Assembly (NCBI GenBank): GCA_037481835.1
Contig: JBBFKW010000014.1
Span: 32,001-96,000, forward strand
Source: Desulfosoma sp.
GTDB taxonomy: Bacteria > Desulfobacterota > Syntrophobacteria > Syntrophobacterales > DSM-9756
DNA length: 64,000 nucleotides
Direction of reading: 5' to 3'
Shown: piece after piece, positions 1 through 9,296 of the stretch
Position numbering within the stretch: the first letter of the stretch is position 1
Layout: each line of letters begins with the position of its first letter
Notes under the pieces: generated by a model
What the model saw: the letters and a program-made list of their open reading frames with translations, nothing else
Database searches by the model: none
Told to the model about the DNA's origin: nothing
Translations under genes and position numbers: made by a program

Positions 1-1145
1 GCTTCGCAAAACTCTCCAAGGGACGTGATGCCCGCTTCGTAGAGCTTGTCGGCCATTTCTTCCGACAGGTTGTCGATGTGGAGAAGCGCCTGGTATCCGG
101 CCTGCTTTTGACGCTCATAGCGGGATTCGCTCTTCACGTCAATGTGCCAGCCCGTGATCCGTGAAGCCAGCCGCACGTTTTGGCCGCGTCGTCCGATGGC
201 CAAAGACAGCTGGTCGTCCGGTACGATGACTTCCATGCTCCGGTTGGTCTGGTCGATGATGACCTTGGTGATGATGGCCGGAGCGAGGGCGTTCACGACG
301 AATTTGGCAGGGTCCATGTTCCACGGGACGATGTCGATCTTTTCACCGCGCAGTTCCTGGACCACCGCCTGGACCCGGGATCCCTTCATGCCCACGCATG
401 CGCCCACGGGGTCCACATCGGGGTCCTTGGACACCACGGCGATTTTGGCTCTTGAGCCGGGTTCGCGGGCGGCCGCCAGGATGCTCACCGTGCCGTCGGA
501 CACTTCGGGCACTTCGATGCGGAACAGCTGGATGAGGAAATCGGGATGGGTGCGGCTGAGGATGATCTGCGGTCCCTTGCTGATCTTTTTCACGTCCAGG
601 ATGTAGGCCCGGATCCGGTCGCCCTGGCGGTAGATTTCCCGGGGGATTTGTTCTTTGACCGGCAGGATGGCTTCGGCGCGGCCCAAGTTGACGATAATGC
701 CGGAGCGGTCCACTTTCTGGACGATGCCCGTGACGATCTCCCGCTTGCGGTCCTTGTATTCTTCGTAGGTGGCTTCCCGCTCGGCGTCCTTCATCTTTTG
801 GATGATGACCTGCTTGGCCGATTGGGCGGCGATGCGGCCCAAGGTGTCCGTGTCCATGCGGATGCCCAGTTCGTCGCCGATTTCCGATTCGGGATCCAAG
901 GCCCGAGCCTCGGGAAGGGAAATCTGCTTGTCGGGGTCGTGGACTTCCTCGACGACTTCCTTGAACATGAAGGCTTCCATTTCGCCGTATTCGTCGTTGT
1001 AGGCGACCTCCACGTCCATCTTGGTGCCGTAGCGCTTCTTGATGGCCGATTTGACCGCTTCGACCAGAGCTTCGATCAACACGGCGCGGTCGATCCCTTT
1101 TTCCCGACTCACTTGATCGATCAACCGCTTCAGTTCACTGGCCAT
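1..1145 (-). CDS. nusA: Transcription termination/antitermination factor NusA (3' end outside window)
   Basis: Not in the ORF track because it runs off the edge. Manual translation gives MASELKRLIDQVSREKGIDR..., GRIAAQSAKQVIIQK, AREPGSRAKIAV..DPVGACVGMKGSR and AIGRRGQNVRLASRITGW; it lies downstream of rimP. Confidence 0.97.
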   Translation of the reverse strand, partial: MASELKRLIDQVSREKGIDRAVLIEALVEAVKSAIKKRYGTKMDVEVAYNDEYGEMEAFMFKEVVEEVHDPDKQISLPEARALDPESEIGDELGIRMDTDTLGRIAAQSAKQVIIQKMKDAEREATYEEYKDRKREIVTGIVQKVDRSGIIVNLGRAEAILPVKEQIPREIYRQGDRIRAYILDVKKISKGPQIILSRTHPDFLIQLFRIEVPEVSDGTVSILAAAREPGSRAKIAVVSKDPDVDPVGACVGMKGSRVQAVVQELRGEKIDIVPWNMDPAKFVVNALAPAIITKVIIDQTNRSMEVIVPDDQLSLAIGRRGQNVRLASRITGWHIDVKSESRYERQKQAGYQALLHIDNLSEEMADKLYEAGITSLGEFCE

Positions 1146-1208
1146 GATGGCTTTTCTCCTCCTGTGCCCGAAAACCGGTTTCCACCCGGTTGGGATCTCT
1201 CGAAACTT

Positions 1209-1715
1209 TCAATCTTGGGGCGTCGTCACGGCGCCGCCCGATTCAAAGTAGCGCAAGCGGGCCCTGTCCACGGCGTCCAAAGGAATGTCGTAGATCGTCC
1301 CGTCGCAGTCCACGCGGATCGCTTCGGGGCTCGCCGCCACGAGGATGCCTTTGAAATTCTTGCGGGCGCCCAAAGCCGTGCGCGTGCGCACGGCCACCAC
1401 CTTGCCGATCTGCCGGTGGAAATGCTCCCAGCGCCGAAGCGGCCGGTCCAGCCCTGGAGACGACACTTCCAGGTGATAGGGGCCGGCGATGGGATCCGCC
1501 ACATCCAGAAGATCGCCCACCACCCGGCTGACGGCGGCGCAGTCTTCCACACTCACCCCGCCGTCGCGATCCACGAAGAGCCGGAGGACCCAGCCTTGGC
1601 TTTCCCGCCGATATTCCACCTCCACCAGCTCCAGCCCTTCGGCGGCGATGACGGGGGTGGTCAAGTCCCAGATTTTTCGAACGACCGCTCGGGTCGGATC
1701 TTCTTTGGCGTCCAT
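1209..1715 (-). CDS. rimP: Ribosome maturation factor RimP
   Basis: LRLFVDRDGGVSVEDC and YHLEVSSPGLDRPL motifs; directly upstream of nusA. Confidence 0.96.
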   Translation of the reverse strand: MDAKEDPTRAVVRKIWDLTTPVIAAEGLELVEVEYRRESQGWVLRLFVDRDGGVSVEDCAAVSRVVGDLLDVADPIAGPYHLEVSSPGLDRPLRRWEHFHRQIGKVVAVRTRTALGARKNFKGILVAASPEAIRVDCDGTIYDIPLDAVDRARLRYFESGGAVTTPQD

Positions 1716-1757
1716 GGCCGTCTCGGGGCCTCGAGGGCCGACTTTCCCGGACGATGC

Positions 1758-1787
1758 AAAAAAAAAGTGGGCGTTTAGCCCACTCCC
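1758..1787 (-). promoter_or_regulatory. rimP leader terminator/attenuator hairpin
   Basis: Minus strand reads GGG-AGTGGGC-TAAAC-GCCCACT-T8, about 40 nt upstream of the rimP start; resembles the conserved rimP leader. Confidence 0.8.
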
Positions 1788-1965
1788 ATTAGCAGAGCAA
1801 TGATCTCAGGAAATCCGGCTTCAGTGCCGTAAGGTGCGACGTTCACAAAAGACCGAGTTGAGCATTGTCATCCACTAATCGAAGTCGGCGTCCGCCAGGT
1901 ACTGCGCCCACGCCACCTCAAAAAGGGAAGCCTTCCGCTTTTGGAAGGGTGAGCTTTCCGTCGTG

Positions 1966-2041
1966 TGGAGCGGGCAACGGGATTCGAACCCGCGACCCCA
2001 AGCTTGGGAAGCTCGTGCTCTACCAGCTGAGCTATGCCCGC
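1966..2041 (-). tRNA. tRNA-Gly(CCC)
   Basis: Reverse complement GCGGGCATAGCTCAGCTGGTAGAGCACGAGCTTCCCAAGCTTGGGGTCGCGGGTTCGAATCCCGTTGCCCGCTCCA: 76-nt cloverleaf, anticodon CCC, encoded CCA. Confidence 0.97.
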
Positions 2042-2061
2042 TCAAACGCCACAACGAGGCT

Positions 2062-2090
2062 ATCCTAATGAGCCCGCCGTGGGAAGTCAA
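2062..2090 (-). promoter_or_regulatory. Sigma70-type promoter for tRNA-Gly (possibly rimP-nusA too)
   Basis: TTGACT-N17-TAGGAT on the minus strand, about 20 nt upstream of the tRNA. Confidence 0.65.
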
Positions 2091-2192
2091 GACCAATGTG
2101 GCCCCGTTCGGGGTCAATCCAACCGCACCCAAGGGCGAACACGCCCCGCTCCCGCGGCCATGTCGCCTTATGTGTAAAAGCCGCGGATGCGC

Positions 2193-2223
2193 GTTGGGGT
2201 TCGCTCCGCTCACCCCAACCTAC
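2193..2223 (-). repeat. GTAG-type REP palindrome
   Basis: GTTGGGGTTCGCTCCGCTCACCCCAACCTAC; same family as copies at 15.3-15.6 kb, 51269 and about 53418. Confidence 0.8.
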
Positions 2224-2441
2224 GACTTTGTCCAAGGATACGGGCCGGCGAAATCGTGGTCGGGGTTTGCTTCGCACACCCCGACACCACACGGCTTCAT
2301 CGGCGCCACCCCCCGGCCATGACTCTCCCCGACCGTGAAAGGCTTCTCTTTGCGCCGTGGAACGGTTACCTCTATACCACACGGACCGATTGGGTGCCAA
2401 GGCAAGGCGGCGCGAGGCTTTGGGGAGGCGAGGGCGGCGGG

Positions 2442-2864
2442 ATGGAAAGAGCGCTTTACGAAATCGTGGACCATACGGCCGATGTGGGGATTCGGGTGCA
2501 GGGGCGGGACCTTGCGGAGGTCTTTGAAAGAGCCGCCCTGGCCTTTTACGACCTCATGGTGGGGCTGGATGCCGTGGAGATTCGACAAAGCCGCGAGGTG
2601 TGCGTGGAAGCGCAAGCCCTGGACGAACTGCTCGTCCAATGGTTGTCCGAGCTCCTGTATCTTTTCGACGTCCAGGGGTTCCTCGGCAAGGCGGTGCAAA
2701 TCGCCGTGAATCCCTCGTGGCGGCTTACGGCGACCGTCCACGGCGAGCCTTTGGATCCCGATCGGCACCGCGTGGGACTCGTCTACAAGGCCGTAACCTA
2801 CCACGCCGCCTCTGTGAAGTTCACGGACGGGCTGTGGACGGCCCAGGTCATTTTCGACATCTGA
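2442..2864 (+). CDS. Archease (RtcB cofactor)
   Basis: YEIVDHTADVGI N-terminus, KAVTYH motif and C-terminal VIFDI; adjacent to rtcB. Start moved to ATG 2442. Confidence 0.93.
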   Translation: MERALYEIVDHTADVGIRVQGRDLAEVFERAALAFYDLMVGLDAVEIRQSREVCVEAQALDELLVQWLSELLYLFDVQGFLGKAVQIAVNPSWRLTATVHGEPLDPDRHRVGLVYKAVTYHAASVKFTDGLWTAQVIFDI

Positions 2865-2910
2865 CGCAGCGCTCTTTTAAGAGGGTTTCAAGCCACAAGG
2901 AGGTGGGGCC

Positions 2911-4368
2911 ATGGTCGCCAAGGATCGCTTGACGCTGGAAAGGATCGACGGGTGGCGCTGGAAGATCCCTCGAACCGGCGCCATGCGCACGGACGGCATG
3001 ATTTACGCCGGCGAAAAGATGCTGGACGCCATCCGCCAGGATCAGGCCATGGACCAGGTGGCCAACGTGGCCTGCCTTCCCGGCATTGTGGGCTATTCCA
3101 TGGCCATGCCGGACATCCATTGGGGCTACGGCTTTCCCATCGGCGGGGTGGCGGCTTTTTCCATGGACGACGGGATCGTCTCCCCTGGAGGGGTCGGCTA
3201 CGACATCAACTGCGGCGTTCGTCTCATGACGACCCACCTGAGGGCTCGGGAATTGGGCCTGGAAAAGATCCGCGATCTGGTCACGGCCCTTTTTCGAAAC
3301 ATTCCCTCCGGTGTGGGCTCGTCCCGCAAGGACTTCAAGCTTACCGAAGCCGAACTGGACAAGGTGCTGCTCAAAGGGGCCCAGTGGGCCGTCTCCAAGG
3401 GCTTCGGGGACGCCTCCGACCTGGAACGCATCGAAGAAGGGGGCTGCATCCCCTGGGCCGATCCCAAGGAAGTGTCGGCCAAGGCTAGGGATCGAGGGCG
3501 ATCCCAGCTGGGCACCTTGGGGTCGGGAAACCACTTTGTGGAAATCGGTGTCGTGGAAGAGATCTACGATTCGGCGACGGCCGAGGTCTTCGGCTTGTTC
3601 CAGGGGCAACTGACCGTGTTCGTCCATACGGGATCCCGCGGCCTGGGCCACCAGGTGTGCGACGATTTCATTCGGATTCTGCTCAAAAGCAGCCAAAAGT
3701 ACGGGATCGATCTTCCGGACAAGCAGCTGTGTTGCGCGCCCGTATCGTCCCCGGAAGGACGGAGCTACCTGGGAGCCATGGGGGCGGCGGCCAACTTCGC
3801 CTTTGCCAACCGTCAGATGATCAGCCACTGGGTGCGGGAAACCTTCGAAGAGTTTTTCGGCACATCGTCCGATCGCCTGGGCCTGTCCCTTCTCTACGAT
3901 GTGTGCCACAACATGGCCAAGATCGAAGAGCATGCCTGGCAGGGGGAACGCCGAAAACTGTGCGTGCACCGAAAAGGAGCCACCCGCGCCTTTGCGGCGG
4001 GCCATGAGGCCGTGCCGGCCGTGTACCGGTCAGTGGGCCAACCCGTGCTCATCCCCGGAGATATGGGCCGCTACAGTTATGTCCTCGTGGGGACGCAGCG
4101 GGCCATGGAAGAGACCTTCGGGAGCACGTGTCACGGGGCCGGCCGGGTGCTCAGCCGCCACCAGGCCGTCAAGAGCGCCAGAGGGCGAAGCGTCGTCAAG
4201 GAAATGGAAGAGCGGGGCATTTTCGTCATGGGGGCCAGCAAGGCGACCTTGGTGGAAGAGATGCCCGAAGCCTACAAGGACGTGAGCGACGTGGTGGAAG
4301 TGGTGGCCCGGGCGGGGATCAGCCGGCCCGTCGCCCGCCTGCGCCCCCTCGGCGTGATGAAGGGCTGA
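2911..4368 (+). CDS. rtcB: RNA ligase RtcB
   Basis: PDIHWGYGFPIG, GYDINCG, GTLGSGNHF, HTGSRG, HRKGAT, STCHGAGR and EEMPEAYK motifs. Confidence 0.97.
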   Translation: MVAKDRLTLERIDGWRWKIPRTGAMRTDGMIYAGEKMLDAIRQDQAMDQVANVACLPGIVGYSMAMPDIHWGYGFPIGGVAAFSMDDGIVSPGGVGYDINCGVRLMTTHLRARELGLEKIRDLVTALFRNIPSGVGSSRKDFKLTEAELDKVLLKGAQWAVSKGFGDASDLERIEEGGCIPWADPKEVSAKARDRGRSQLGTLGSGNHFVEIGVVEEIYDSATAEVFGLFQGQLTVFVHTGSRGLGHQVCDDFIRILLKSSQKYGIDLPDKQLCCAPVSSPEGRSYLGAMGAAANFAFANRQMISHWVRETFEEFFGTSSDRLGLSLLYDVCHNMAKIEEHAWQGERRKLCVHRKGATRAFAAGHEAVPAVYRSVGQPVLIPGDMGRYSYVLVGTQRAMEETFGSTCHGAGRVLSRHQAVKSARGRSVVKEMEERGIFVMGASKATLVEEMPEAYKDVSDVVEVVARAGISRPVARLRPLGVMKG

Positions 4369-4601
4369 GGAGATTCTCTGCAAGGCGAGGGGCCACGCCG
4401 TCACGGGGCGCGCCTCCGCGGGGTGCGTCGTGTCGGACCATAGTGGGAAAATATCTTCGGCGCAAAGGGGCTTTCGTTGTGCGCCCTTTGCCGTTTTTCT
4501 CAAAGCCCTTCATGGGGCGAGGCGCGGAGACGGCGGGCTTTTTGACAGCCGGATTGTGCCGAATCGCCACAGACGGCGCCGCCATGGGCTTTCGACGGCC
4601 T

Positions 4602-5072
4602 TTAGAGTTCCACGTGGAGGATGCGGTAGGTGCGTTCGCCGGCCGGGGTGAACACGGTGATTTCTTCGCCGGGGGCCCGGCCCATGAGGCCCCGGCCCAC
4701 GGGGGAGTCCACGGATAGCTTGCCGTTGCGCACATCCGATTCAAAGGGCCCGACCATCTGAAAGCGGAAGGTCTGGCCCGTGTCCACGTTGAGGACGACG
4801 ATTTCCGTGCCGAAAGCCACCTGCCGGACGAGAAACTTTCGGCCCACGACGATTTCACACTGGGCGATCTTGGCCTGGAGATCGTCGATTTTTCGCTGAA
4901 GCACGCGGTGCTGTTCCCGGGCAAGCAAATACTGCTGGTTGTCCACCTTGACGCCGTAAAGGCGCGCTTCCTGCAAATCTTCCAGCACACGGGGCCGCAC
5001 CACCCGCCTGAGGTACAAAAGCTGGGCGTTGAGGTTTCGAAAGCCTTGGCGTGTGATGGGAACCTTTTCCAT
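4602..5072 (-). CDS. GreA/GreB-family transcription factor with an atypical coiled-coil tip
   Basis: MEKVPITRQG N-terminus and VGPFESDVRNGKLSVDSPVGRGLMG C-terminal domain; the tip reads GVKVDNQQY rather than GDLSENAEY. Confidence 0.88.
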   Translation of the reverse strand: MEKVPITRQGFRNLNAQLLYLRRVVRPRVLEDLQEARLYGVKVDNQQYLLAREQHRVLQRKIDDLQAKIAQCEIVVGRKFLVRQVAFGTEIVVLNVDTGQTFRFQMVGPFESDVRNGKLSVDSPVGRGLMGRAPGEEITVFTPAGERTYRILHVEL

Positions 5073-5149
5073 GGGCGTCTTTTGCCGTGTGTGTTCAAGG
5101 CCGTCCGAAGCGCATATGCCCGTTCGGCCCGACCCCATAGGCCGAGTCC

Positions 5150-5713
5150 TTAAACCGAAAAAAAGGCCTGGGCCAAAGCGCCCCGTTCCCGAAGGCTCTG
5201 GAAGAGGCTCAAGGCGATGACCGTTTTGCCGTCGGTGATTTCGCCGCGGTGGACGTCTTCCCAGAGGCGCTCCACGGGGAGGATCTCCACCCGGGAGATT
5301 TCCTCCTCGTCCCTTTCCGCCTTTTCCCGTTTGAGGCCCCAGGCGGCGAAGATGACGATGGCTTCATCGGAATAGCCGATGGCCGGATGATACCGGAAGA
5401 GGGGCACCAGGACCGAGGCCGTATATCCCGTTTCTTCTCGAAGCTCCCGGCGCGCCCCGTCTTCAGCCGATTCCCCGGGGTCCAACTTTCCCGCCGGGAT
5501 TTCCCAGGTCTCGCGCCCGATGGCATAGCGCCACTGGCGCACCATGACAACCTGCGTGAGGTCCGCATCCGCAAAGGCCAAAACGGCGGCCGCCTCGGGG
5601 TGTTCCATGCGGATCCGTTCCGTGATCCGCCCCGTGCGCAACCGCACCGCATCCAGATGGGCGCTGAAATGGTTCGCGTGAATACTGGCCAGGGTCCGTA
5701 CGCGTTCTTCCAT
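5150..5713 (-). CDS. Nudix hydrolase, ADP-ribose pyrophosphatase (NudF-like)
   Basis: Nudix box GKLDPGESAEDGARRELREETG; VRQWRY..EIPAG; ITDGKT. Confidence 0.9.
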   Translation of the reverse strand: MEERVRTLASIHANHFSAHLDAVRLRTGRITERIRMEHPEAAAVLAFADADLTQVVMVRQWRYAIGRETWEIPAGKLDPGESAEDGARRELREETGYTASVLVPLFRYHPAIGYSDEAIVIFAAWGLKREKAERDEEEISRVEILPVERLWEDVHRGEITDGKTVIALSLFQSLRERGALAQAFFSV

Positions 5714-5910
5714 GGAAACTCCGTTTCTCTCTTGGTTTTCCCCAAAGGAGCTCGTGCGCCGCCCAGTGGGGGCTTCCCGAAAGGGGGGTGGCGATCAGCC
5801 CAAGGCGTCGCCTTTCATTAAAACAGCTGAGGGCCTTCGGGAAAGCCTTTTGTTGCGAAACGGGGACATTTCCCGTCGCCTTTTTAAGACGCACAACAAC
5901 CGGACGGACC

Positions 5911-5954
5911 TTGTGAAGAATTTCATTGACACGGGCCCGAGGATCCCCCATAGT
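5911..5954 (+). promoter_or_regulatory. Sigma70 promoter of the nuo operon with overlapping Rex-like operator
   Basis: TTGTGAA-GAAT-TTCATTG (5911-5928) overlaps TTGACA (5926-5931), then N17 and CATAGT (5949-5954). Confidence 0.6.
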
Positions 5955-6042
5955 TGTGCAACCTGACGGCTCCCGTGAAGGCGGATGTGGCGAACGGCGT
6001 GGTGCGGAACTTCCAAAGACCGAGAAAGCGGGTAGGGATTCC

Positions 6043-7890
6043 ATGAGGCGTCCAGCGGTCTTTCAAAACCCTTCCAAAGACCTCAGCCCTTCAGAGGTCG
6101 CTCAGCTCCGGCAGATCATCGAAGCGCATCGCGGCAAGAAAGGGGCCCTCCTTCCCCTGCTCACAGAAGCCCAGCAGGCGTGCGGCAATTGGCTTCCGGC
6201 CAACGTGCTGGCGTGGATCGCCGACGAGGTGGACGTCCACCTGAGCTACCTCTACGGCATTGCCACTTTTTACACCATGTTTTCCCTTGAACCTCGGGGT
6301 CGGTTCATCATCCGGGTGTGCGAATCCCCTGCGTGCCACATCCTGGGAAGCGAAACGGTCCTGGAGGCCCTTCGGTCGGTCTTGGGGATTGGCGAAGGCC
6401 AAACCACGCCGGACGGGCTTTTTACCCTTGAGCTCTCATCCTGCCTTGGGGTGTGCGAAGTGGCCCCCGCCATGCAGATCAACGAAGTGGTCTTTGGAAA
6501 CCTCACCCGCGAAAAGATCGAAGAGGTCATCCATCGCTATCGGCACGGCGATGTGGTGGACTATCGCACCCTTCCCGGATCGGGCGGTCGAGTGCGCACC
6601 GATTGGGAGGTGCATCGGCGGGCCCTTTTGCTCCACGGGGTCGGCGACATCGATCCGGAAAGCATCGACGATTATCTCGCCATCGGCGGTTACGAAGCCC
6701 TCCGCAAGGTCGTCTTGGGAATGTCGCCCGAAGAGGTGGTGGAGGAGGTGAAAGCGTCGGGCCTTCGCGGGCGAGGCGGAGCGGGTTTTCCCACCGGGAT
6801 GAAGTGGTCCTTCACGCTGCCGCTCAAGGCCCCGGAAAAGTACGTCATTTGCAATGCGGACGAGGGGGAACCGGGCACCTTCAAAGACCGTTACATCATG
6901 GAAGGCAATCCCCACCGTCTCTTGGAGGGGCTCATCATCGCCGGGTATGCCATCGGCGCGTGCAAGGGGTTTATCTATGTGCGGGGCGAGTACGCCCTGT
7001 CCATGCACCGGTTGCGTCGTGCCGTGGAGCAGGCCCGGGAGCGGGGTTTCCTCGGGGAACGGATTTTGGGGACGTCCTTTTCCTTCGAGGTGGAAATTCG
7101 TTCCGGAGCCGGCGCGTACGTGTGCGGCGAAGAAACGGCGCTCATCGAATCCATCGAGGGGCTTCGGGGGAACCCCCGGGTGAAGCCGCCTTTTCCGGGG
7201 GTTCGCGGCCTGTGGGCCATGCCCACGGTGGTCAACAACGTGGAGACCCTGGCCAATGTCCCGGCCATCTTGAAAAACGGCGCGGAATGGTACCGCTCGT
7301 TCGGCACCGAGGACTCTCCGGGCGTGAAGCTCTACCAGATCTGCGGCCATGTCAACGACCCCCAGATCGTGGAAGCGCCCTTGGGGCTCACCTTGCGGGA
7401 ACTCATCGAAGTCTACGGCGGCGGCATGAAAGACGGCATCCCGTTCAAGATGTGCCAGACGGGGGGCGCCTCTTTCGGCTTCTTTACTTCCGAACATCTG
7501 GATACGGTCATGGACTATGCGTCCATGCAGAAGAAGGGCGGAGCCTTGGGCTCCGGCACCATGCTGGTCATGAACGAAAGGACCTGCGTGGTGGATGTGG
7601 TCCGCAACATCATGCACTTTTTCCAGCACGAATCCTGCGGGTTTTGCACGCCGTGCCGGCGCGGCACGCGGGTGCTCTACGAAACCCTTTCCCGCATCGC
7701 CCAGGGGGAAGGCCGGGAAAGCGACCTTCCCCTGATGATCGACCTGGCCCAGACCATGTCGGCCACGGCCAACTGCGCTCTGGCCATGTCCCCCATCTTT
7801 TTCGTCCGCACCACCATTGAACGGCTCAAAGACGAATACCTGGCCCACATTGTGGACAAGACCTGCCCCGTGGGTGTCTGCCCGCTGTGA
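6043..7890 (+). CDS. nuoEF: Fused NuoE-NuoF NADH-input module
   Basis: NuoE [2Fe-2S] CESPAC...CLGVC followed by NuoF GLRGRGGAGFPTG, NADEGEPGTFKDR, GAYVCGEETAL and SCGFCTPC...C. Confidence 0.92.
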   Translation: MRRPAVFQNPSKDLSPSEVAQLRQIIEAHRGKKGALLPLLTEAQQACGNWLPANVLAWIADEVDVHLSYLYGIATFYTMFSLEPRGRFIIRVCESPACHILGSETVLEALRSVLGIGEGQTTPDGLFTLELSSCLGVCEVAPAMQINEVVFGNLTREKIEEVIHRYRHGDVVDYRTLPGSGGRVRTDWEVHRRALLLHGVGDIDPESIDDYLAIGGYEALRKVVLGMSPEEVVEEVKASGLRGRGGAGFPTGMKWSFTLPLKAPEKYVICNADEGEPGTFKDRYIMEGNPHRLLEGLIIAGYAIGACKGFIYVRGEYALSMHRLRRAVEQARERGFLGERILGTSFSFEVEIRSGAGAYVCGEETALIESIEGLRGNPRVKPPFPGVRGLWAMPTVVNNVETLANVPAILKNGAEWYRSFGTEDSPGVKLYQICGHVNDPQIVEAPLGLTLRELIEVYGGGMKDGIPFKMCQTGGASFGFFTSEHLDTVMDYASMQKKGGALGSGTMLVMNERTCVVDVVRNIMHFFQHESCGFCTPCRRGTRVLYETLSRIAQGEGRESDLPLMIDLAQTMSATANCALAMSPIFFVRTTIERLKDEYLAHIVDKTCPVGVCPL

Positions 7891-7924
7891 CGGTTCGGGG
7901 CGGGGTGTGTGAGGAGGCCGCTCG

Positions 7925-8281
7925 ATGACGGCGATGTATCTCCCGGTCCTTTTGTATCTCGTGATCACCATGGGGCTGATCGGCGTTCTGGTGGTCCTGT
8001 CGGGTCTCATCGGGGAGCGCAAGGCGACGCGCCAGAAGCTGCTCCCCTACGAATGCGGCATGGATCCCATCGGCACCTTGGAGATCCACTTTCCGGTCAA
8101 GTTTTACGTGTTGGCCATGATTTTCATCATCTTCGACATTGAAACCGTTTTCCTCTACCCCTGGGGCGTCATTTTCCGGGACCTGGGCTGGTTCGGCTTC
8201 GTGGAAATGCTGATCTTCACGGCCGTCTTGCTCATCGGGCTCGTCTATCTCTACCGAAAGGGGGCTTTGGAATGGGATTAG
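7925..8281 (+). CDS. nuoA: NADH-quinone oxidoreductase subunit A
   Basis: PYECGMDP and [14 protein letters not shown]. Confidence 0.96.
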   Translation: MTAMYLPVLLYLVITMGLIGVLVVLSGLIGERKATRQKLLPYECGMDPIGTLEIHFPVKFYVLAMIFIIFDIETVFLYPWGVIFRDLGWFGFVEMLIFTAVLLIGLVYLYRKGALEWD

Positions 8282-8808
8282 AACAACAGATCCGAAGCCA
8301 GATCCTCACGTCCACCTTGGAGAAGTTCGTCAACTGGGCGCGCAAGTCGTCCGTGTGGCCGGCCACGTTCGGTTTGGCCTGCTGTGCCATCGAAATGATC
8401 TGCACAGCGGCCAACCGGTTCGATATCGCCCGTTTCGGCATGGAAGCCTTTCGGGCGTCGCCCCGGCAGGCGGATCTCATGATCGTGGCGGGCACCGTGA
8501 CCAAGAAGATGGTGCCGGCGGTGGTGCGGATCTACGAACAGATGCCGGAACCCAAATGGGTCATCGCCATGGGGGCGTGTGCCTCTTCGGGCGGTATCTT
8601 CCGAAGCTACGCCGTCGTGCAGGGCATCGACCGGTATCTGCCCGTGGACGTCTACGTGCCGGGATGCCCGCCCCGTCCGGAAGCTTTGCTCTACGGGATC
8701 CTCAAGCTCCATGAAAAGATCCTTCGAGATCCGTTCCTCACGCGGAAGGAAGGGCCCGTTGTGGTCGATCCCCAGGAGGTTCCGGCGCTTCAGGAGGTGC
8801 GGGCGTGA
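8272..8808 (+). CDS. nuoB: NADH-quinone oxidoreductase subunit B
   Basis: [32 protein letters not shown]. Confidence 0.97.
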   Translation: MGLEQQIRSQILTSTLEKFVNWARKSSVWPATFGLACCAIEMICTAANRFDIARFGMEAFRASPRQADLMIVAGTVTKKMVPAVVRIYEQMPEPKWVIAMGACASSGGIFRSYAVVQGIDRYLPVDVYVPGCPPRPEALLYGILKLHEKILRDPFLTRKEGPVVVDPQEVPALQEVRA

Positions 8809-9287
8809 GTGTTCCGACGGCCAAGACGGCGTATGTGGAAGAGGTGGTGGAAGGGCTCCCGGCGGGCGCCGTGACGCAACGGGAAAGCTTTCGGGATCAA
8901 TGGGCCGTGACGGTTCGACGAGACGCCTTGGTGGAGGTCATGGAGGCGCTTCGGGACCGGTGGGGCTTCCGGTACCTTGTCGATGTCACGGCTGTGGATT
9001 TTCATCCCCGAAACCCGCGCTTCCAGGTGGTCTATCACCTGTGGTGCCATGAACGAAACGCCCTGCTTCGCGTGAAAACCTGGGTCGAAGGCGATCCCCC
9101 GTCGGTTCCGTCCATGACGGCCTTATGGTCCACGGCCAACTGGCATGAACGGGAATGTTTCGATCTTTTCGGCATTCTTTTCGACGGGCATCCGGATCTT
9201 CGGCGGATCCTGCTTCCCCAATCCTGGGAAGGCCACCCTCTCAGGAAGGACTACCCGACCGAAGGTCCCGATTGGGATGTGGATTAG
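8805..9287 (+). CDS. nuoC: NADH-quinone oxidoreductase subunit C
   Basis: [24 protein letters not shown]...GHPLRKDYP. Confidence 0.96.
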   Translation: MSVPTAKTAYVEEVVEGLPAGAVTQRESFRDQWAVTVRRDALVEVMEALRDRWGFRYLVDVTAVDFHPRNPRFQVVYHLWCHERNALLRVKTWVEGDPPSVPSMTALWSTANWHERECFDLFGILFDGHPDLRRILLPQSWEGHPLRKDYPTEGPDWDVD

Positions 9288-9296
9288 GACGGTGCC

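Noticed and set aside
1966..2041. tRNA as an island integration site
   Set aside because: No integrase and no duplicated tRNA 3' end seen in the window.
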